This document shows positions 10,021 to 20,096 of a stretch of DNA of 64,000 bases, piece by piece (within the stretch, counting starts at the first letter, position 1; each line of letters begins with the position of its first letter). The notes below the pieces were generated by a model. It did no database searches. It worked only from the letters and a program-made list of their open reading frames with translations, and had not been told where the DNA came from. The DNA is taken from contig OZ245742.1 of the NCBI GenBank assembly GCA_965227295.1, positions 1,952,001 to 2,016,000 of the forward strand. Reading direction: 5' to 3'. Source of the stretch: Leptonemataceae bacterium (GTDB lineage Bacteria > Spirochaetota > Leptospiria > Leptospirales > Leptonemataceae). The position numbers and the translations under genes are program-made.

Positions 10021-10986
10021 TTAGTCGCCGGCTTTCTCCAGCACGTAGCCGAAAACCGGAAAGTGCACGATCATTTCGCCGGCGCGTTCGTCGGTGTGAC
10101 GGATGGCCAGCTCGTTGTCCGCGCAGTATACGAGTTCGCCGATGACCGGTTCCTTGCCGTAGTCCCCGGCGCTGAGTTGCACGCGGTCGCCGGCTGCAAA
10201 GTCCGGATGATCCACGCGCCCCTCGCTGTAGTTCCCGGGCAGGTCCGCGAAGTTCGGCGACGCGGCCTTGCCCAGGTCCACGGCCTCCGGCGCCGATAGA
10301 TCGCTTTGCAGATCGGCGTATTTTTTCGCGATCGTTTCCATGCGATCGGCCCACGCGTTGATGTTCGGGAAGGCATCGAGATTCTTGCGGGCGTTGTCGC
10401 TGCGACGCAGGAACCAGGTGACGGCATGCAGTGCGAAGTCGGCGAGGGACGGTTGCGCACCGCAGAGATGCGGCGCCGATGCCAGGGCCTGTTCCAGCGG
10501 TTGCATGGCCGCGGCGAAGTACTCCGGCGCGAGGTGCGGCGGAACCTGCATGACGTTTGAATCTTCCATCATCTTCGCGCGATCTTTCAACAGGCCGATC
10601 ATCTCTTTGCGCGACATGCCCGGCTTCGGCGCCGCGCGTGCGCCCCGGGGCTGAAACACCAGGATCGACGCGATGCGAAACAACGTGTTATCGATGTGCG
10701 TGGCAAGCCAGCGCGACATGGCCTCGGCGCCGGCGGGAAAGAGCGTCGGCGTCGGTTGCACGCGCTCCAACACTTCGGCGATGAGTGCGGTGTCGCAAAA
10801 CACGTGGGCGCCCATCTGCAACACGGGCGCGCGGCGATAACCGCCGGTGAGCGCGGTCTGATCCGGCTTGGGAGTGACCATGGGTTGCTCGACGCCGCGA
10901 TACTTCAGGCCCTTGTAAGCGAGGGCGATGCGGATTTTCTCGGAGAAGGGGGACTCGTCGTAGTGGTGCAGGATCAGTTCGCTCAT
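10021..10986 (-). CDS. Glutathione S-transferase family protein
   Basis: LHHYDESPFSEKIR, LTGGYRRAPVLQ, CDTALI, PSLADFA. Confidence 0.9.
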   Translation of the reverse strand: MSELILHHYDESPFSEKIRIALAYKGLKYRGVEQPMVTPKPDQTALTGGYRRAPVLQMGAHVFCDTALIAEVLERVQPTPTLFPAGAEAMSRWLATHIDNTLFRIASILVFQPRGARAAPKPGMSRKEMIGLLKDRAKMMEDSNVMQVPPHLAPEYFAAAMQPLEQALASAPHLCGAQPSLADFALHAVTWFLRRSDNARKNLDAFPNINAWADRMETIAKKYADLQSDLSAPEAVDLGKAASPNFADLPGNYSEGRVDHPDFAAGDRVQLSAGDYGKEPVIGELVYCADNELAIRHTDERAGEMIVHFPVFGYVLEKAGD

Positions 10987-11099
10987 GGGCCGATTATGAT
11001 TCTGCACCCGCGCGTGTCCAGTCATCCGGAAATTCGTCGGATGCGCCGCGGCGAAGATTTTTCAGTTGCAGCCTTCGCCGGGGACCCGCAAGATTCGGT

Positions 11100-11402
11100 A
11101 TGCATCGCATCGCACTCCTGATTCTCGCGACCACGCTGCTGTTTCCAGGGACGCCGGCCGGAGCGAAACCCCACGCCTGCACGCGGTACATGAACCTGGT
11201 CTGTAAGATCTGCGGACCGAAAACTAAGACGTGCGCCGAGACGAAGGCTCGCTGGAAGGCGTGCATGCAAAGCCGCTCGTGCGACAAAAGCATCTGCGCG
11301 AGTTCGCTCGAGAGCGCCGCGGCCCTGGACGAAAGCGTGGTGCGGTCCATGCTGTGCGGACCCGAGGCCGAAGCAGAGAGCGACCCCGAGCCGGAATCCT
11401 GA
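11100..11402 (+). CDS. Small secreted cysteine-rich protein
   Basis: Signal peptide, 8 Cys in ~60 aa, acidic tail. Confidence 0.6.
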   Translation: MHRIALLILATTLLFPGTPAGAKPHACTRYMNLVCKICGPKTKTCAETKARWKACMQSRSCDKSICASSLESAAALDESVVRSMLCGPEAEAESDPEPES

Positions 11403-11449
11403 ACGAAAAACGGCGGTCGTCGGCCGGCGCACGAGTTATCTTTTCGAAC

Positions 11450-12187
11450 GTGAGATCCGAAGCACGGAAACCCCGCCGCAGCGTTGGGCTCGCGGCCCTG
11501 CTCCTCATCATACTCTCCGCACCCGTCTCTCTGGCCGGGCCGCCGGCGGACGGTCGCCGGACCTTCAGTGGTCGCGCCGTGGCCGCCGATACCGGCGAAC
11601 TGCTCTACATCGAGTACCACCGACAAACTTACGCTGACAACAAGTTACAAAAGACCTACGTAAAGTACGTCGACGCGGGGGGCGAAACCCTCGCCGTGCG
11701 CAGCGCGACCTTCGGGGACGGTTTTGTACCGCGGTCCCGGTACGAAAACCGGCAGTCCGGAATGATCACGAACCTGGCCCCGGCCGGCAGTGGTTATGCC
11801 GTGAGCATTGAACGCAAAGACGGAAGCAACGAGAGCGGCACGGTAAGCGCCGCACACCCGGTGGTGGCGGGCCTCGGCCTCGATCCGTTCATTCGATCAC
11901 GACAGAGTGAATGGACGAGTGGTCAATCGATCAGCTTTCGCATGATTGTACCGACCCGCATGAGCGCGTACACGTTTCGCCTGACGAAGGCCGGCGAACG
12001 CACGGTGGCCGGTCGGGACGGGATCGTGCTGCGACTGGAACTGGCTGGCGTGCTCGGTTACCTGGTGGAAGAGATTCTGCTTACCTACGACCGCGAAAGC
12101 GGCGACCTGCTGATGTACGAGGGCCCGGCGGAACTGAAAGACAGCGCGGGTCGCAAACGAGACATTCGCGTAACGTTTCGGTACTGA
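11450..12187 (+). CDS. Hypothetical exported beta-rich protein
   Basis: Signal peptide (LAALLLIILSAPVSLA). Start GTG 11450 inferred. Confidence 0.7.
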   Translation: MRSEARKPRRSVGLAALLLIILSAPVSLAGPPADGRRTFSGRAVAADTGELLYIEYHRQTYADNKLQKTYVKYVDAGGETLAVRSATFGDGFVPRSRYENRQSGMITNLAPAGSGYAVSIERKDGSNESGTVSAAHPVVAGLGLDPFIRSRQSEWTSGQSISFRMIVPTRMSAYTFRLTKAGERTVAGRDGIVLRLELAGVLGYLVEEILLTYDRESGDLLMYEGPAELKDSAGRKRDIRVTFRY

Positions 12188-12208
12188 GATTGCCGCGAAG
12201 GCTTCCGT

Positions 12209-13180
12209 TTACATCAACCGTCGCAGAGCCAGCAGCCCGCATACCGGCCCCGCGCCCAGAACCACAAACATCTCTCGTTCGGAAGTTAGTCCGCCGGCCA
12301 GCAGGGCGTGAATCAATGCGACGCTGCCGATGGTCACGGCAAAGCCGATCGACGTTACGATCGTCAGCGCGGAGCCGACCCGGTCGCGGGGTGCCGTAGT
12401 CGCGCTACGGAGAGAGAAAGCACAGCAGGCCCGAGCATAACAACTGCGCGAAGGCCACACGTGCCGGGCCGCGCGAGGTTAACCTGGCGGAAAGACTGCC
12501 GCCGAACGCACAACCGAAGAAACCCGCGGCAATCACCAGGAACGACCAGAGCGCCGTATCGATCTTCAGGTCGTGATTACTCGCATAGGCAATCAAAAAT
12601 GCCGGCAGAAACGCCCAGAAGGCGTAGAGTTCCCACATGTGACCGAAGTAACCGAAGGCCGCCGAGCGAAAGTCCTTCGACGCGAAGATGGACGCGACGG
12701 CCCGCGGATCGAAGCGCGCGGCCCCGCGCGGTAAATGCGGACCGTCCGGCACGAACCACAGAATCATAAATCCGCCCGCGCTCGCAAGAATTGACGTCCC
12801 CGTGAGGACCGCCTGCCAGCTGCCCGTCACGACGCTGCCGCCCGTGACAAAGCGCAACAGATACGGGAAGGCCGTGCCCAGCACCAGGGCGCCGACGAGA
12901 TAACCCAGGGCCCGGCCGAGTCCGTGTTCAAACCACGAGGCCGCGATCTTCATGCCCACCGGATACACACCGGCCAGAAAAAAACCGGTAGCGAAACGAA
13001 GGGCGAGCAGCATAGGAAGCGAACGCCAGCCTTCCGGAATCCAGAGTAGACTCGCGTTGGCCAGGGCGCCGGCCACGGCGCAGAAGCAGAACGTGCGCGC
13101 CGGGGAGAAGCGATCGGAGACGGCAAGAAAGGCGAAGAGTAACGTACCGAGAATAAAGCCGATGAAAGACGCTGAAAGCC
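12209..13180 (-). pseudogene. MFS transporter pseudogene (5' truncated, with internal deletion and frameshift)
   Basis: GFILGTLLFA..SDRFSP, LRFATGFFLAGVYPVGMK and GYFGHMWELYAFW in one frame, ending at stop 12405. The C-terminus (SALTIVTSIGFAVTI) lies in another frame, and TM1 is absent. Confidence 0.8.
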
Positions 13181-13254
13181 TGCGAAAGGTTGACAGCCGT
13201 TTGCGGGGCTGATAGAACCGCCGTCACCGTAACTCTCACTCACAGGAAGCTAAC

Positions 13255-14640
13255 ATGCGCCATCGTTCCATCATCGCCCTGATCCTGCTTGCCGCATTCT
13301 TTTTTTTCCCCGGCCGGGCCTTCGCCTGGAGCCAGCACGCCCTGGGCATCTATCGCGCTCTGCTCGCCATGCCCGGGGTAAACGACGCGCCGGCTATTCC
13401 GGCCGAGTCACTGGAAAGTTTTCTGGCGGCGGAGTCGGAGGGCATCGCAAAGATCCTCGATGAATCGGAAGCGTGGGCCGTAGAAAACGTGCCCACGTAC
13501 CCGGCGCGGCCGGAGGCGTTGCGCTTTGATCCGGGCGGTGAGGACGGTGCTCAGGTGTCGCCAGCGGAATTGCGCAAACGATTTCTCGCGGCCATTCGTG
13601 TGAATCCGAACATGGTCCTGGATCTGTACGTGCAGCTCGTACCCGGTCAGGATTGCGGCGCGCGCCCGCGTCTTTCGTACGATACGCGGAGCGTCTTCGA
13701 CAAACACGACGCGCAGTTCTTGCGCGGTACCATTTACTGCGGTTTGCGTGACGGCGAAAACGTAAAACCGATTCACGTCGTCACCACCGGCGGCGATGAG
13801 CCGGACCTCGGTCTCGACATCGGGGTGTGGGAGGACAACGACACGGACTTCGGCAAAACCTACGGCTTCGGCCGGCAGTCGTTCGGCAATCCCGCGTTTC
13901 CCTATTCTTCCCAGGCCCCGTTTCACATCGGCTTCTATCACGAATCCTGGGTCCTGTATCTCGCCGCGTCGAACTTCAAACGATCGTATCCGGAGTACCG
14001 CATTCAACTGTACGGGGCGCTCGCGAAACACGCTTTCGCCACGGGGCATGATTACTGGGGCTGGCGTTTTACCGGCTGGGGCATGCACTATCTCACGGAC
14101 CTCACGCAACCGTATCATTCCACCGTCGTGCCCGGATACAGCACCGCGTACCTGGTGTGGATCAGCCTGATGAACATGATCGGCTTTTCGCAGTCTTACA
14201 ACGATACGGTGAACCTGGTATCGAATCGCCACACGGCCCTCGAATCGTTTCAAATGCAAATGATGCGGCGCGCGTATCGCCTGAACCAGGACGACAACCC
14301 GGTCTTCGTCGCCCTGGCCGACACCGGCGCCGACGACGAGTACAAACCCTACAACAACCGTACGCCGCGGGACGTGGTCTCGTTGGAAGCTTACAACCGC
14401 GCTACACGCACCGATGCCGCCCTGCAAAAGTGGATGCCCGCGCGATTGGTGGAGGACCCGAGCTTCGACTTCGCCCAACATCCGGACGAGGACGTCTACG
14501 AAGACGTACTCAAGGATCGCAAAGAGGGTATCAGTGAACTCAATCAGTTGCTGGCGGAAATCTTTCGTTCCTTCGGGGCGTATACGCGGCACTACGTGCG
14601 GCACATTCAAAGCGGTGCGCGGAACACAAACTATAAATAA
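13255..14640 (+). CDS. Secreted zinc-dependent phospholipase C / S1-P1 nuclease-fold protein
   Basis: Signal peptide ending AFA followed by WSQH; DEPD, HYLTDLTQPYH and NRHTALE zinc-ligand motifs. Confidence 0.75.
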   Translation: MRHRSIIALILLAAFFFFPGRAFAWSQHALGIYRALLAMPGVNDAPAIPAESLESFLAAESEGIAKILDESEAWAVENVPTYPARPEALRFDPGGEDGAQVSPAELRKRFLAAIRVNPNMVLDLYVQLVPGQDCGARPRLSYDTRSVFDKHDAQFLRGTIYCGLRDGENVKPIHVVTTGGDEPDLGLDIGVWEDNDTDFGKTYGFGRQSFGNPAFPYSSQAPFHIGFYHESWVLYLAASNFKRSYPEYRIQLYGALAKHAFATGHDYWGWRFTGWGMHYLTDLTQPYHSTVVPGYSTAYLVWISLMNMIGFSQSYNDTVNLVSNRHTALESFQMQMMRRAYRLNQDDNPVFVALADTGADDEYKPYNNRTPRDVVSLEAYNRATRTDAALQKWMPARLVEDPSFDFAQHPDEDVYEDVLKDRKEGISELNQLLAEIFRSFGAYTRHYVRHIQSGARNTNYK

Positions 14641-14718
14641 CACAAGCCGGAAGTGATCAGACATAAACCGCGCAATACTAACTAATCTTTAAGAAAACTC
14701 AGGACCGGCAAGCAGCGC

Positions 14719-14747
14719 TTGACCTTTACGGGTAACTATAGTATAGA
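14719..14747 (+). promoter_or_regulatory. Putative sigma70 promoter
   Basis: TTGACC-N17-TATAGA directly upstream of ATG 14756, which would give a nearly leaderless transcript. Confidence 0.4.
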
Positions 14748-14755
14748 AGAATCAT

Positions 14756-16255
14756 ATGAATGCTCCGGTCACGCCATCCCCTCGCAATGCACCGGCGCGG
14801 ACGGGCATACTGCGACGCTGGTGGCGGCGATTGACGCGCGGCGGCGAAGTCGTTGAGACGGCCCAGGAACCGAACGCGACACCCATCAGCCCGGCCGACC
14901 TGAACGACCTTCAGCTCCTGGGGCGACTGCAAATCTTTGAACCCTTCGAGGGCTGGCAGCATCTGGAAACGTTGCGGCGCACCAGGGCCGCGGTAGAAAG
15001 CGGAATCGGCCGTGGTATTCAGATCGTGCGCCAGGGCGTCAGCAATCTCGGCGAACGTTTTCAATCCAGCCGCATCCGCAATCGCCTGGGCGACGCACCG
15101 GAAATCCGTCGGCGATTACGGCAGGTCCTGGACGGCCTGTATCCGCGCAACGCCCTCGCGCGTCTCCTGCCGTCGCGCAACATTCCCGCTCTGCGTGAGT
15201 TTGTCAATTTTGCCGAGGACATGCGTCGGCTGGCGGCCGGAGGCTATCGCGACGCCGACGCCTGGGCGCGCAGCGTGGGCCTCGACTATCTACGCCGTTC
15301 GCTGGACGCGCTGTTTACGCACAAACCGGAACGCTGGATTCGCAAACGCGCGCGTACACTCATTCGTCGCCCGAATGCCGCCGCGCCCGACGGCCTCGCG
15401 TACATGGCGACGCTTTCCCGCGAGGAACGTGAGCGCCTGCTGGACGAGGTCTATCCTTACGACATGCCGGGCTTCACGAAGTACATGCGCGCGCTGGATC
15501 TTTCCGTGAACGTCGGCCTCGGTGCCGTGGTGGCCAGTAACCTGCCGTTCACCGGCCCCGTGGTGAGCGTCCTTAACATGATCAAAACGATCTTTAAGAT
15601 CGCCCATCGGCTGCATCTCATGGCCACCGTGCACGGTCGGCGCATCGTCGGAACAAACGCGCTCTTTCTCATGAGCGCAAAGATTCTCAAGTCCCTGCAA
15701 AATTGGGAGAGCGATCCCCATCATCGCCCGCTCGCACTTTCGGAGTACGACACGCTTTTTTACGAGGATACCGGCGTTCCGCGTTCCGCCGAGTTGTCGG
15801 AACTCTTTCAGGCCGCGGTGCAAAAGGACGCCTACATCGCCGTGCCCGGTGTGGGTTCCATCGGCATCGGTAAGATCAGCCTGGACGACGCCCGCATGGA
15901 TGAGTGCATTCGGAGTACCATGACGGCTTACTTCATTCGCGACGAATTGCGCGGGCGCCTGGATAACAGTGAACGACGGGTGGACGATCTCAGCGCGGAC
16001 TTCGCCGCGATCTACGAAATCTTTCATCGCCGTGATTACTACGGTCGCGTTCGTGACGCCGCCCGGGATGCGCGCAAGGCAGACGGGGACACGGTTCCGA
16101 AAAAGGATCACCGGGAATTGACGACGGACCTGGATGCGGCGGTGCGGCGAATCTATCTGCACTTACGGGACAGAGAGTATGCGTCCGAGGAAGAACGGCA
16201 ACGGGCCCTCGGTCGTCAGGTGGACGATGAAATGGAACGTTTGCTGCACGCCTGA
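14756..16255 (+). CDS. Hypothetical protein
   Basis: 499-aa ORF with host-like codon usage; no motif recognised. Confidence 0.7.
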   Translation: MNAPVTPSPRNAPARTGILRRWWRRLTRGGEVVETAQEPNATPISPADLNDLQLLGRLQIFEPFEGWQHLETLRRTRAAVESGIGRGIQIVRQGVSNLGERFQSSRIRNRLGDAPEIRRRLRQVLDGLYPRNALARLLPSRNIPALREFVNFAEDMRRLAAGGYRDADAWARSVGLDYLRRSLDALFTHKPERWIRKRARTLIRRPNAAAPDGLAYMATLSREERERLLDEVYPYDMPGFTKYMRALDLSVNVGLGAVVASNLPFTGPVVSVLNMIKTIFKIAHRLHLMATVHGRRIVGTNALFLMSAKILKSLQNWESDPHHRPLALSEYDTLFYEDTGVPRSAELSELFQAAVQKDAYIAVPGVGSIGIGKISLDDARMDECIRSTMTAYFIRDELRGRLDNSERRVDDLSADFAAIYEIFHRRDYYGRVRDAARDARKADGDTVPKKDHRELTTDLDAAVRRIYLHLRDREYASEEERQRALGRQVDDEMERLLHA

Positions 16256-16303
16256 GTTAAGCGCGTTCGTTACCCGGCAGTCCATCGTCGGCGGGCGTGC
16301 CGA

Positions 16304-16549
16304 TCAGTCTTCGCCGGAATTGCGGACGTGTTCCTGGAACTTGCCCAGGAGTTCGGCGGTGCCGGTGAAGAGCAACTCGATCTCGTCGTTCTCCAGATCG
16401 TAGATGACCGGAGTCTTGAGATACTTCGTAAACTCTTCTTTGCCCAGGGAGTCCGCCTGGTCCCGCAAGAAGGAGTACCACGTGGCGAGGATCACCTTAA
16501 GATGCGTGATTTCCTTCACGGGAAGGGAGATCGCTTTTTCCTGTTCCAT
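16304..16549 (-). CDS. Small hypothetical protein
   Basis: 81-aa ORF starting 4 nt after the upstream stop, with protein-like composition. Confidence 0.7.
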   Translation of the reverse strand: MEQEKAISLPVKEITHLKVILATWYSFLRDQADSLGKEEFTKYLKTPVIYDLENDEIELLFTGTAELLGKFQEHVRNSGED

Positions 16550-16552
16550 ATA

Positions 16553-16936
16553 TCAGTTGCCGCCCGTCCACGGATTCACCGGGTTGAGATAACAGCGATA
16601 GCCTTCGAAGCCGCAATCGGGCGATAAGATGAGCCCGTCGCGCACCTTGTCCGCGCAATTGTTGACATCCGAAAGACGATAGCCGCGCTGTGGATTGATG
16701 TCGAAGGATTGCTGGATGTACGGTTCACCGAGTTCGCGGAGGAGAATCTGGTTCGGTAAGAACTCGGCACTCGTTGCGTTCTGTAGTGTGCCGCGGCGAG
16801 CGGTGCACAGGAGCTGTCCGGCAAACACCGCGTCGGCAATGATGTCCGTAGCTTCCTCGCCGCTGATGACGCCCGCCGCGAAGGTTCCTTCGGTACCGCA
16901 ATGAGCGGTACCGATCGCCAGGAACAACACCAGCAT
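16553..16936 (-). CDS. Small Cys-containing lipoprotein (resembles leptospiral small lipoproteins)
   Basis: Hydrophobic stretch plus lipobox-like TAHC; ISGEEA, YRLSDVNNC and a C-terminal Cys pair. Start uncertain. Confidence 0.6.
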   Translation of the reverse strand: MLVLFLAIGTAHCGTEGTFAAGVISGEEATDIIADAVFAGQLLCTARRGTLQNATSAEFLPNQILLRELGEPYIQQSFDINPQRGYRLSDVNNCADKVRDGLILSPDCGFEGYRCYLNPVNPWTGGN

Positions 16937-17096
16937 CACCGGCAGTGTCCGGGGGAAGCACCGCCCGGCCTTTGCGAGGGCGGTAAAAATATGTACGTCG
17001 CGTCGGATCATTCGACCGGTCCCAGCTTAAAACGCCGCAATTATTTGTAAAATACAATCCCGGCGGCGGAAATCGCTGCCTGCGCCTTACAGGGCG

Positions 17097-18011
17097 CTAG
17101 AATCGAACGCCCACCGAGAATTGCCATTCCGTCACCCCCGCGGGAAAATCCACCGGCTCCCGCAGCACCGACGCCTGCACAATGCCCAGGTCCGGATCGA
17201 ACTGCGTCGTCGGCGTCACGATCAGATTCACGGTGGAAAGCGGTGTAATCCCGCTGTTGCGCAGGTACCAGAACTGGCCCTCGCCGCCGTTGATCGTGCC
17301 GTTGAGTTCGCCGATGAACGCGTAAGTTACCCGGAAGCCCGTTCGAATAAAGAAGTGTTCGGTAACGGATCGACGCAGTCCCAGCTCCAGGCGCGCGATG
17401 TTGCCGCGGCTGGAGGATTGTTTGATGGAGTAGGGCACGTACTGGCTCGGAGAAATCAGCGCGCCCTCGGCACGCACGACGGCCCGGGGAACGAAGCCGA
17501 AACCGAAGCCGCCTTCCCATTCCCAGTTCCGCAGCGGGCGAAAGAAGTCGATGCGTTCGGCGTAGTGATACGTGAACATGCCGTACGAAATCTGAAACTT
17601 CCAGTTCAGGTCCAGGTAGGCCAGATCGGAGCGATACTCGCGCAGGCCGAACTCCGGAACGAAGAATTGTCCCACCGTGAGGCCGACGTAGCTGTTCTCG
17701 CTGATGATTTCTCCGAAGCGAATCCACACGTCACCGGAATGCATTTGCGTAAACGGTTCGGTGTCCACGGCCGTGAGGACCAGCGGCGACACGGTCGAAC
17801 GAAAACGATCCAGTCCACGATTGAAGCGATCCTGCGAGCGCTGACCCGCGGCCATGGTGGCGCCAAATTCCACCGGCACCGCCGCGAGACCGGCGAGGGG
17901 CACGACGAAACATGTTATCGTCACCGTAAGAGCGAGAATGGATTGACACCAGTCGCGTGGGGCGGGCGCATCAGAGTTACGTGATCTGGATCGAAGCATT
18001 GTTTGTAACAT
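17097..18011 (-). CDS. Putative outer-membrane beta-barrel protein
   Basis: Signal peptide, alternating amphipathic strands, C-terminal QFSVGVRF. The true start is probably downstream of 18011. Confidence 0.6.
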   Translation of the reverse strand: MLQTMLRSRSRNSDAPAPRDWCQSILALTVTITCFVVPLAGLAAVPVEFGATMAAGQRSQDRFNRGLDRFRSTVSPLVLTAVDTEPFTQMHSGDVWIRFGEIISENSYVGLTVGQFFVPEFGLREYRSDLAYLDLNWKFQISYGMFTYHYAERIDFFRPLRNWEWEGGFGFGFVPRAVVRAEGALISPSQYVPYSIKQSSSRGNIARLELGLRRSVTEHFFIRTGFRVTYAFIGELNGTINGGEGQFWYLRNSGITPLSTVNLIVTPTTQFDPDLGIVQASVLREPVDFPAGVTEWQFSVGVRF

Positions 18012-20095
18012 GTGCGCTCTTGCTCATTACGGTGAGCGCGTATCTGACCATTAAATTCCGCTTCCGGATTTTTGCATCCTTTCCGTTGATCTTCAAATCT
18101 TTGAGCGGCAGCCTGGATCGCCGCACGAGCCGCGAAGGATTGTCCCCGGCCGCGGGAGTCGCGCTCACCGTGTTCGACGCGATCTGTGGTTCGGCGGTAG
18201 CATTCTTTTTTGCCGTGTTGATCGGCGGCTCGGTCGTCATCGGCTGGATCATCGGGTTGTCCGTTTTATGGATGTCCGTACAAACGGCGTTGATCGCCCT
18301 CGGCCGCGGCGCAGTACACACACAACCGTTGTCTCGACTTTCCGGCGTGGCCGCGTACCTCCATCGTTTTCATCCCGCGGCGGCCCGGCTGTATGTTCTG
18401 GGCGTGCTCGCCTCGGCGATTCTGTTCGGCACGTTGTTGCCGGCGGCCGCGATCACCCCTTTTCCGTATGGCCCCGTCTGGATCCTGTTGGCGGCGCTCG
18501 CGGCCGGCGGCGCGGCCCGGGGCGGATATCCGCGTCTCGCCCGGTTTGCCCTCGCCACCGCCGGCATCACGTTGTGTTTGTTCCTCGTTTTGTTCCTGGT
18601 GGAGCCGCGGCAGAATCTCTTCGCGCAGTACGATGCGATCGTTGCCGCCGCCGCAATCCAGGCGCCCAAACCGCTCTGGCATGCGGCCGGCGCGATCTGG
18701 CTGTACTTCGCCGTGTCGGGTTTGCTCACCGGGCGAACGGAAACCATCGCCGCGGTGTTACGCGTCGACGCGCCGCTCCGAGCCGGGCTCGCGTTTTCCA
18801 TCGTACCGCTGATCGCTATCCTGCCGGGTTTGCTCTTTGCGATGGAGTTTTATCCGACGATGTCTGAGGCCCTGCCGGCGCATCGCGTGCTGGTCCGGGC
18901 CATTACCGTGATCGCCTTTGCGGGCAGCCTGCCGGGCTGGATGATTGTCGCGCGCCGGGCGTTCGCAGCGTTGAGTGGACGCTCTCCCGGAGAACGTTTG
19001 CGTCCGGCCGGTGTCTTTGCCTATCTGCTACCGGCCCTGGCGATCGCGACGACCGTCCTCCTGTCTTCATTTTACGTGGAAGATCCGGTCCTCTCGTACC
19101 TGGCGTTGCCGGCCTTTGTGATCTCCCTCGTGACCGGCATTCCCGCATTGCTCGCCGTCTACTTCGCGGCGGATCGCATCGAAGCGTCCTGGCAGAGACT
19201 GCTGCGTGCGGAGCGGGACCTGGAAGTCACGCGCCCCGGTCGCGACGTAAAGTTACTTTTGTTTCACTTACTGCCGAAGAACCTGGTGTCCCGCCTCTTC
19301 GGGTACATTGCGCTTACGCCCTGGCCGGGCTTCATACTCAAGCCGCTGTTACGCTGGTACGCGGCAACGTTCCACGTGGATCTCGACGAAGCCGAACGTC
19401 CGCTGGAAGACTATCGATCGCTGAACGAGTTTTTCACGCGGGCTCTCGCCCCCGGTGTCCGTCCCATTGCCGGCGGCGCGCGCACGGTGGTCTCGCCGGT
19501 GGATGCGGTGCTCTCGCAGTTCGGTAACATCGAACACGGCACGTTGATCCAGGCGAAGGGCCTCGACTATGCGCTCACCGATCTGCTCAACGAGTCCGAG
19601 TACACGCACAGCTTTGCCGGCGGAACGTACTGCGTGTTGTACTTGAGCCCGCGGGACTATCATCGCATTCATACGCCGTTCACCGGTGAGGTCGCCGGTT
19701 ACGATTACGAGCCTGGCGCACTCTTTCCGGTGAACGTCTTCTCGGTACATTCCGTGCGCGATCTGTTTCCGAAGAACGAACGACTCACCACGTATCTGGA
19801 AACCGAGCACGGTCGCATTGCGGTGGTGAAGGTCGGCGCCACGAACGTGGGTAAGATGAGCCTTACGTACGATCCGGCCGTGCGGACGAACGGTTGGTTG
19901 CGCCTGGCTCACCGCCGCCGCTATCGCACCGAGCCGAACGAACCGCCGCGCCTGGAGCGCGGGGCCGAGCTCGGTCGTTTCGAGATGGGATCCACCGTGG
20001 TGCTGCTGTTCGAGCGCGACTGCTTCGCGTTTTCCGAGCGGATCACGAACGACATGTTCGTGCAGCTCGGCGAGGAGATCGGCCGTTTCGTTTGA
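17981..20095 (+). CDS. psd: Fusion of an AGCS (alanine/glycine:cation symporter)-like membrane domain and phosphatidylserine decarboxylase
   Basis: C-terminal ~290 aa: SLNEFFTR, SPVDA, QAKG, YLSPRDYHRIH, VGATNVG, GRFEMGSTV. N-terminal ~420 aa is polytopic and resembles the AGCS N-terminus. Confidence 0.85.
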   Translation: MIWIEALFVTCALLLITVSAYLTIKFRFRIFASFPLIFKSLSGSLDRRTSREGLSPAAGVALTVFDAICGSAVAFFFAVLIGGSVVIGWIIGLSVLWMSVQTALIALGRGAVHTQPLSRLSGVAAYLHRFHPAAARLYVLGVLASAILFGTLLPAAAITPFPYGPVWILLAALAAGGAARGGYPRLARFALATAGITLCLFLVLFLVEPRQNLFAQYDAIVAAAAIQAPKPLWHAAGAIWLYFAVSGLLTGRTETIAAVLRVDAPLRAGLAFSIVPLIAILPGLLFAMEFYPTMSEALPAHRVLVRAITVIAFAGSLPGWMIVARRAFAALSGRSPGERLRPAGVFAYLLPALAIATTVLLSSFYVEDPVLSYLALPAFVISLVTGIPALLAVYFAADRIEASWQRLLRAERDLEVTRPGRDVKLLLFHLLPKNLVSRLFGYIALTPWPGFILKPLLRWYAATFHVDLDEAERPLEDYRSLNEFFTRALAPGVRPIAGGARTVVSPVDAVLSQFGNIEHGTLIQAKGLDYALTDLLNESEYTHSFAGGTYCVLYLSPRDYHRIHTPFTGEVAGYDYEPGALFPVNVFSVHSVRDLFPKNERLTTYLETEHGRIAVVKVGATNVGKMSLTYDPAVRTNGWLRLAHRRRYRTEPNEPPRLERGAELGRFEMGSTVVLLFERDCFAFSERITNDMFVQLGEEIGRFV

Positions 20096-20096
20096 G

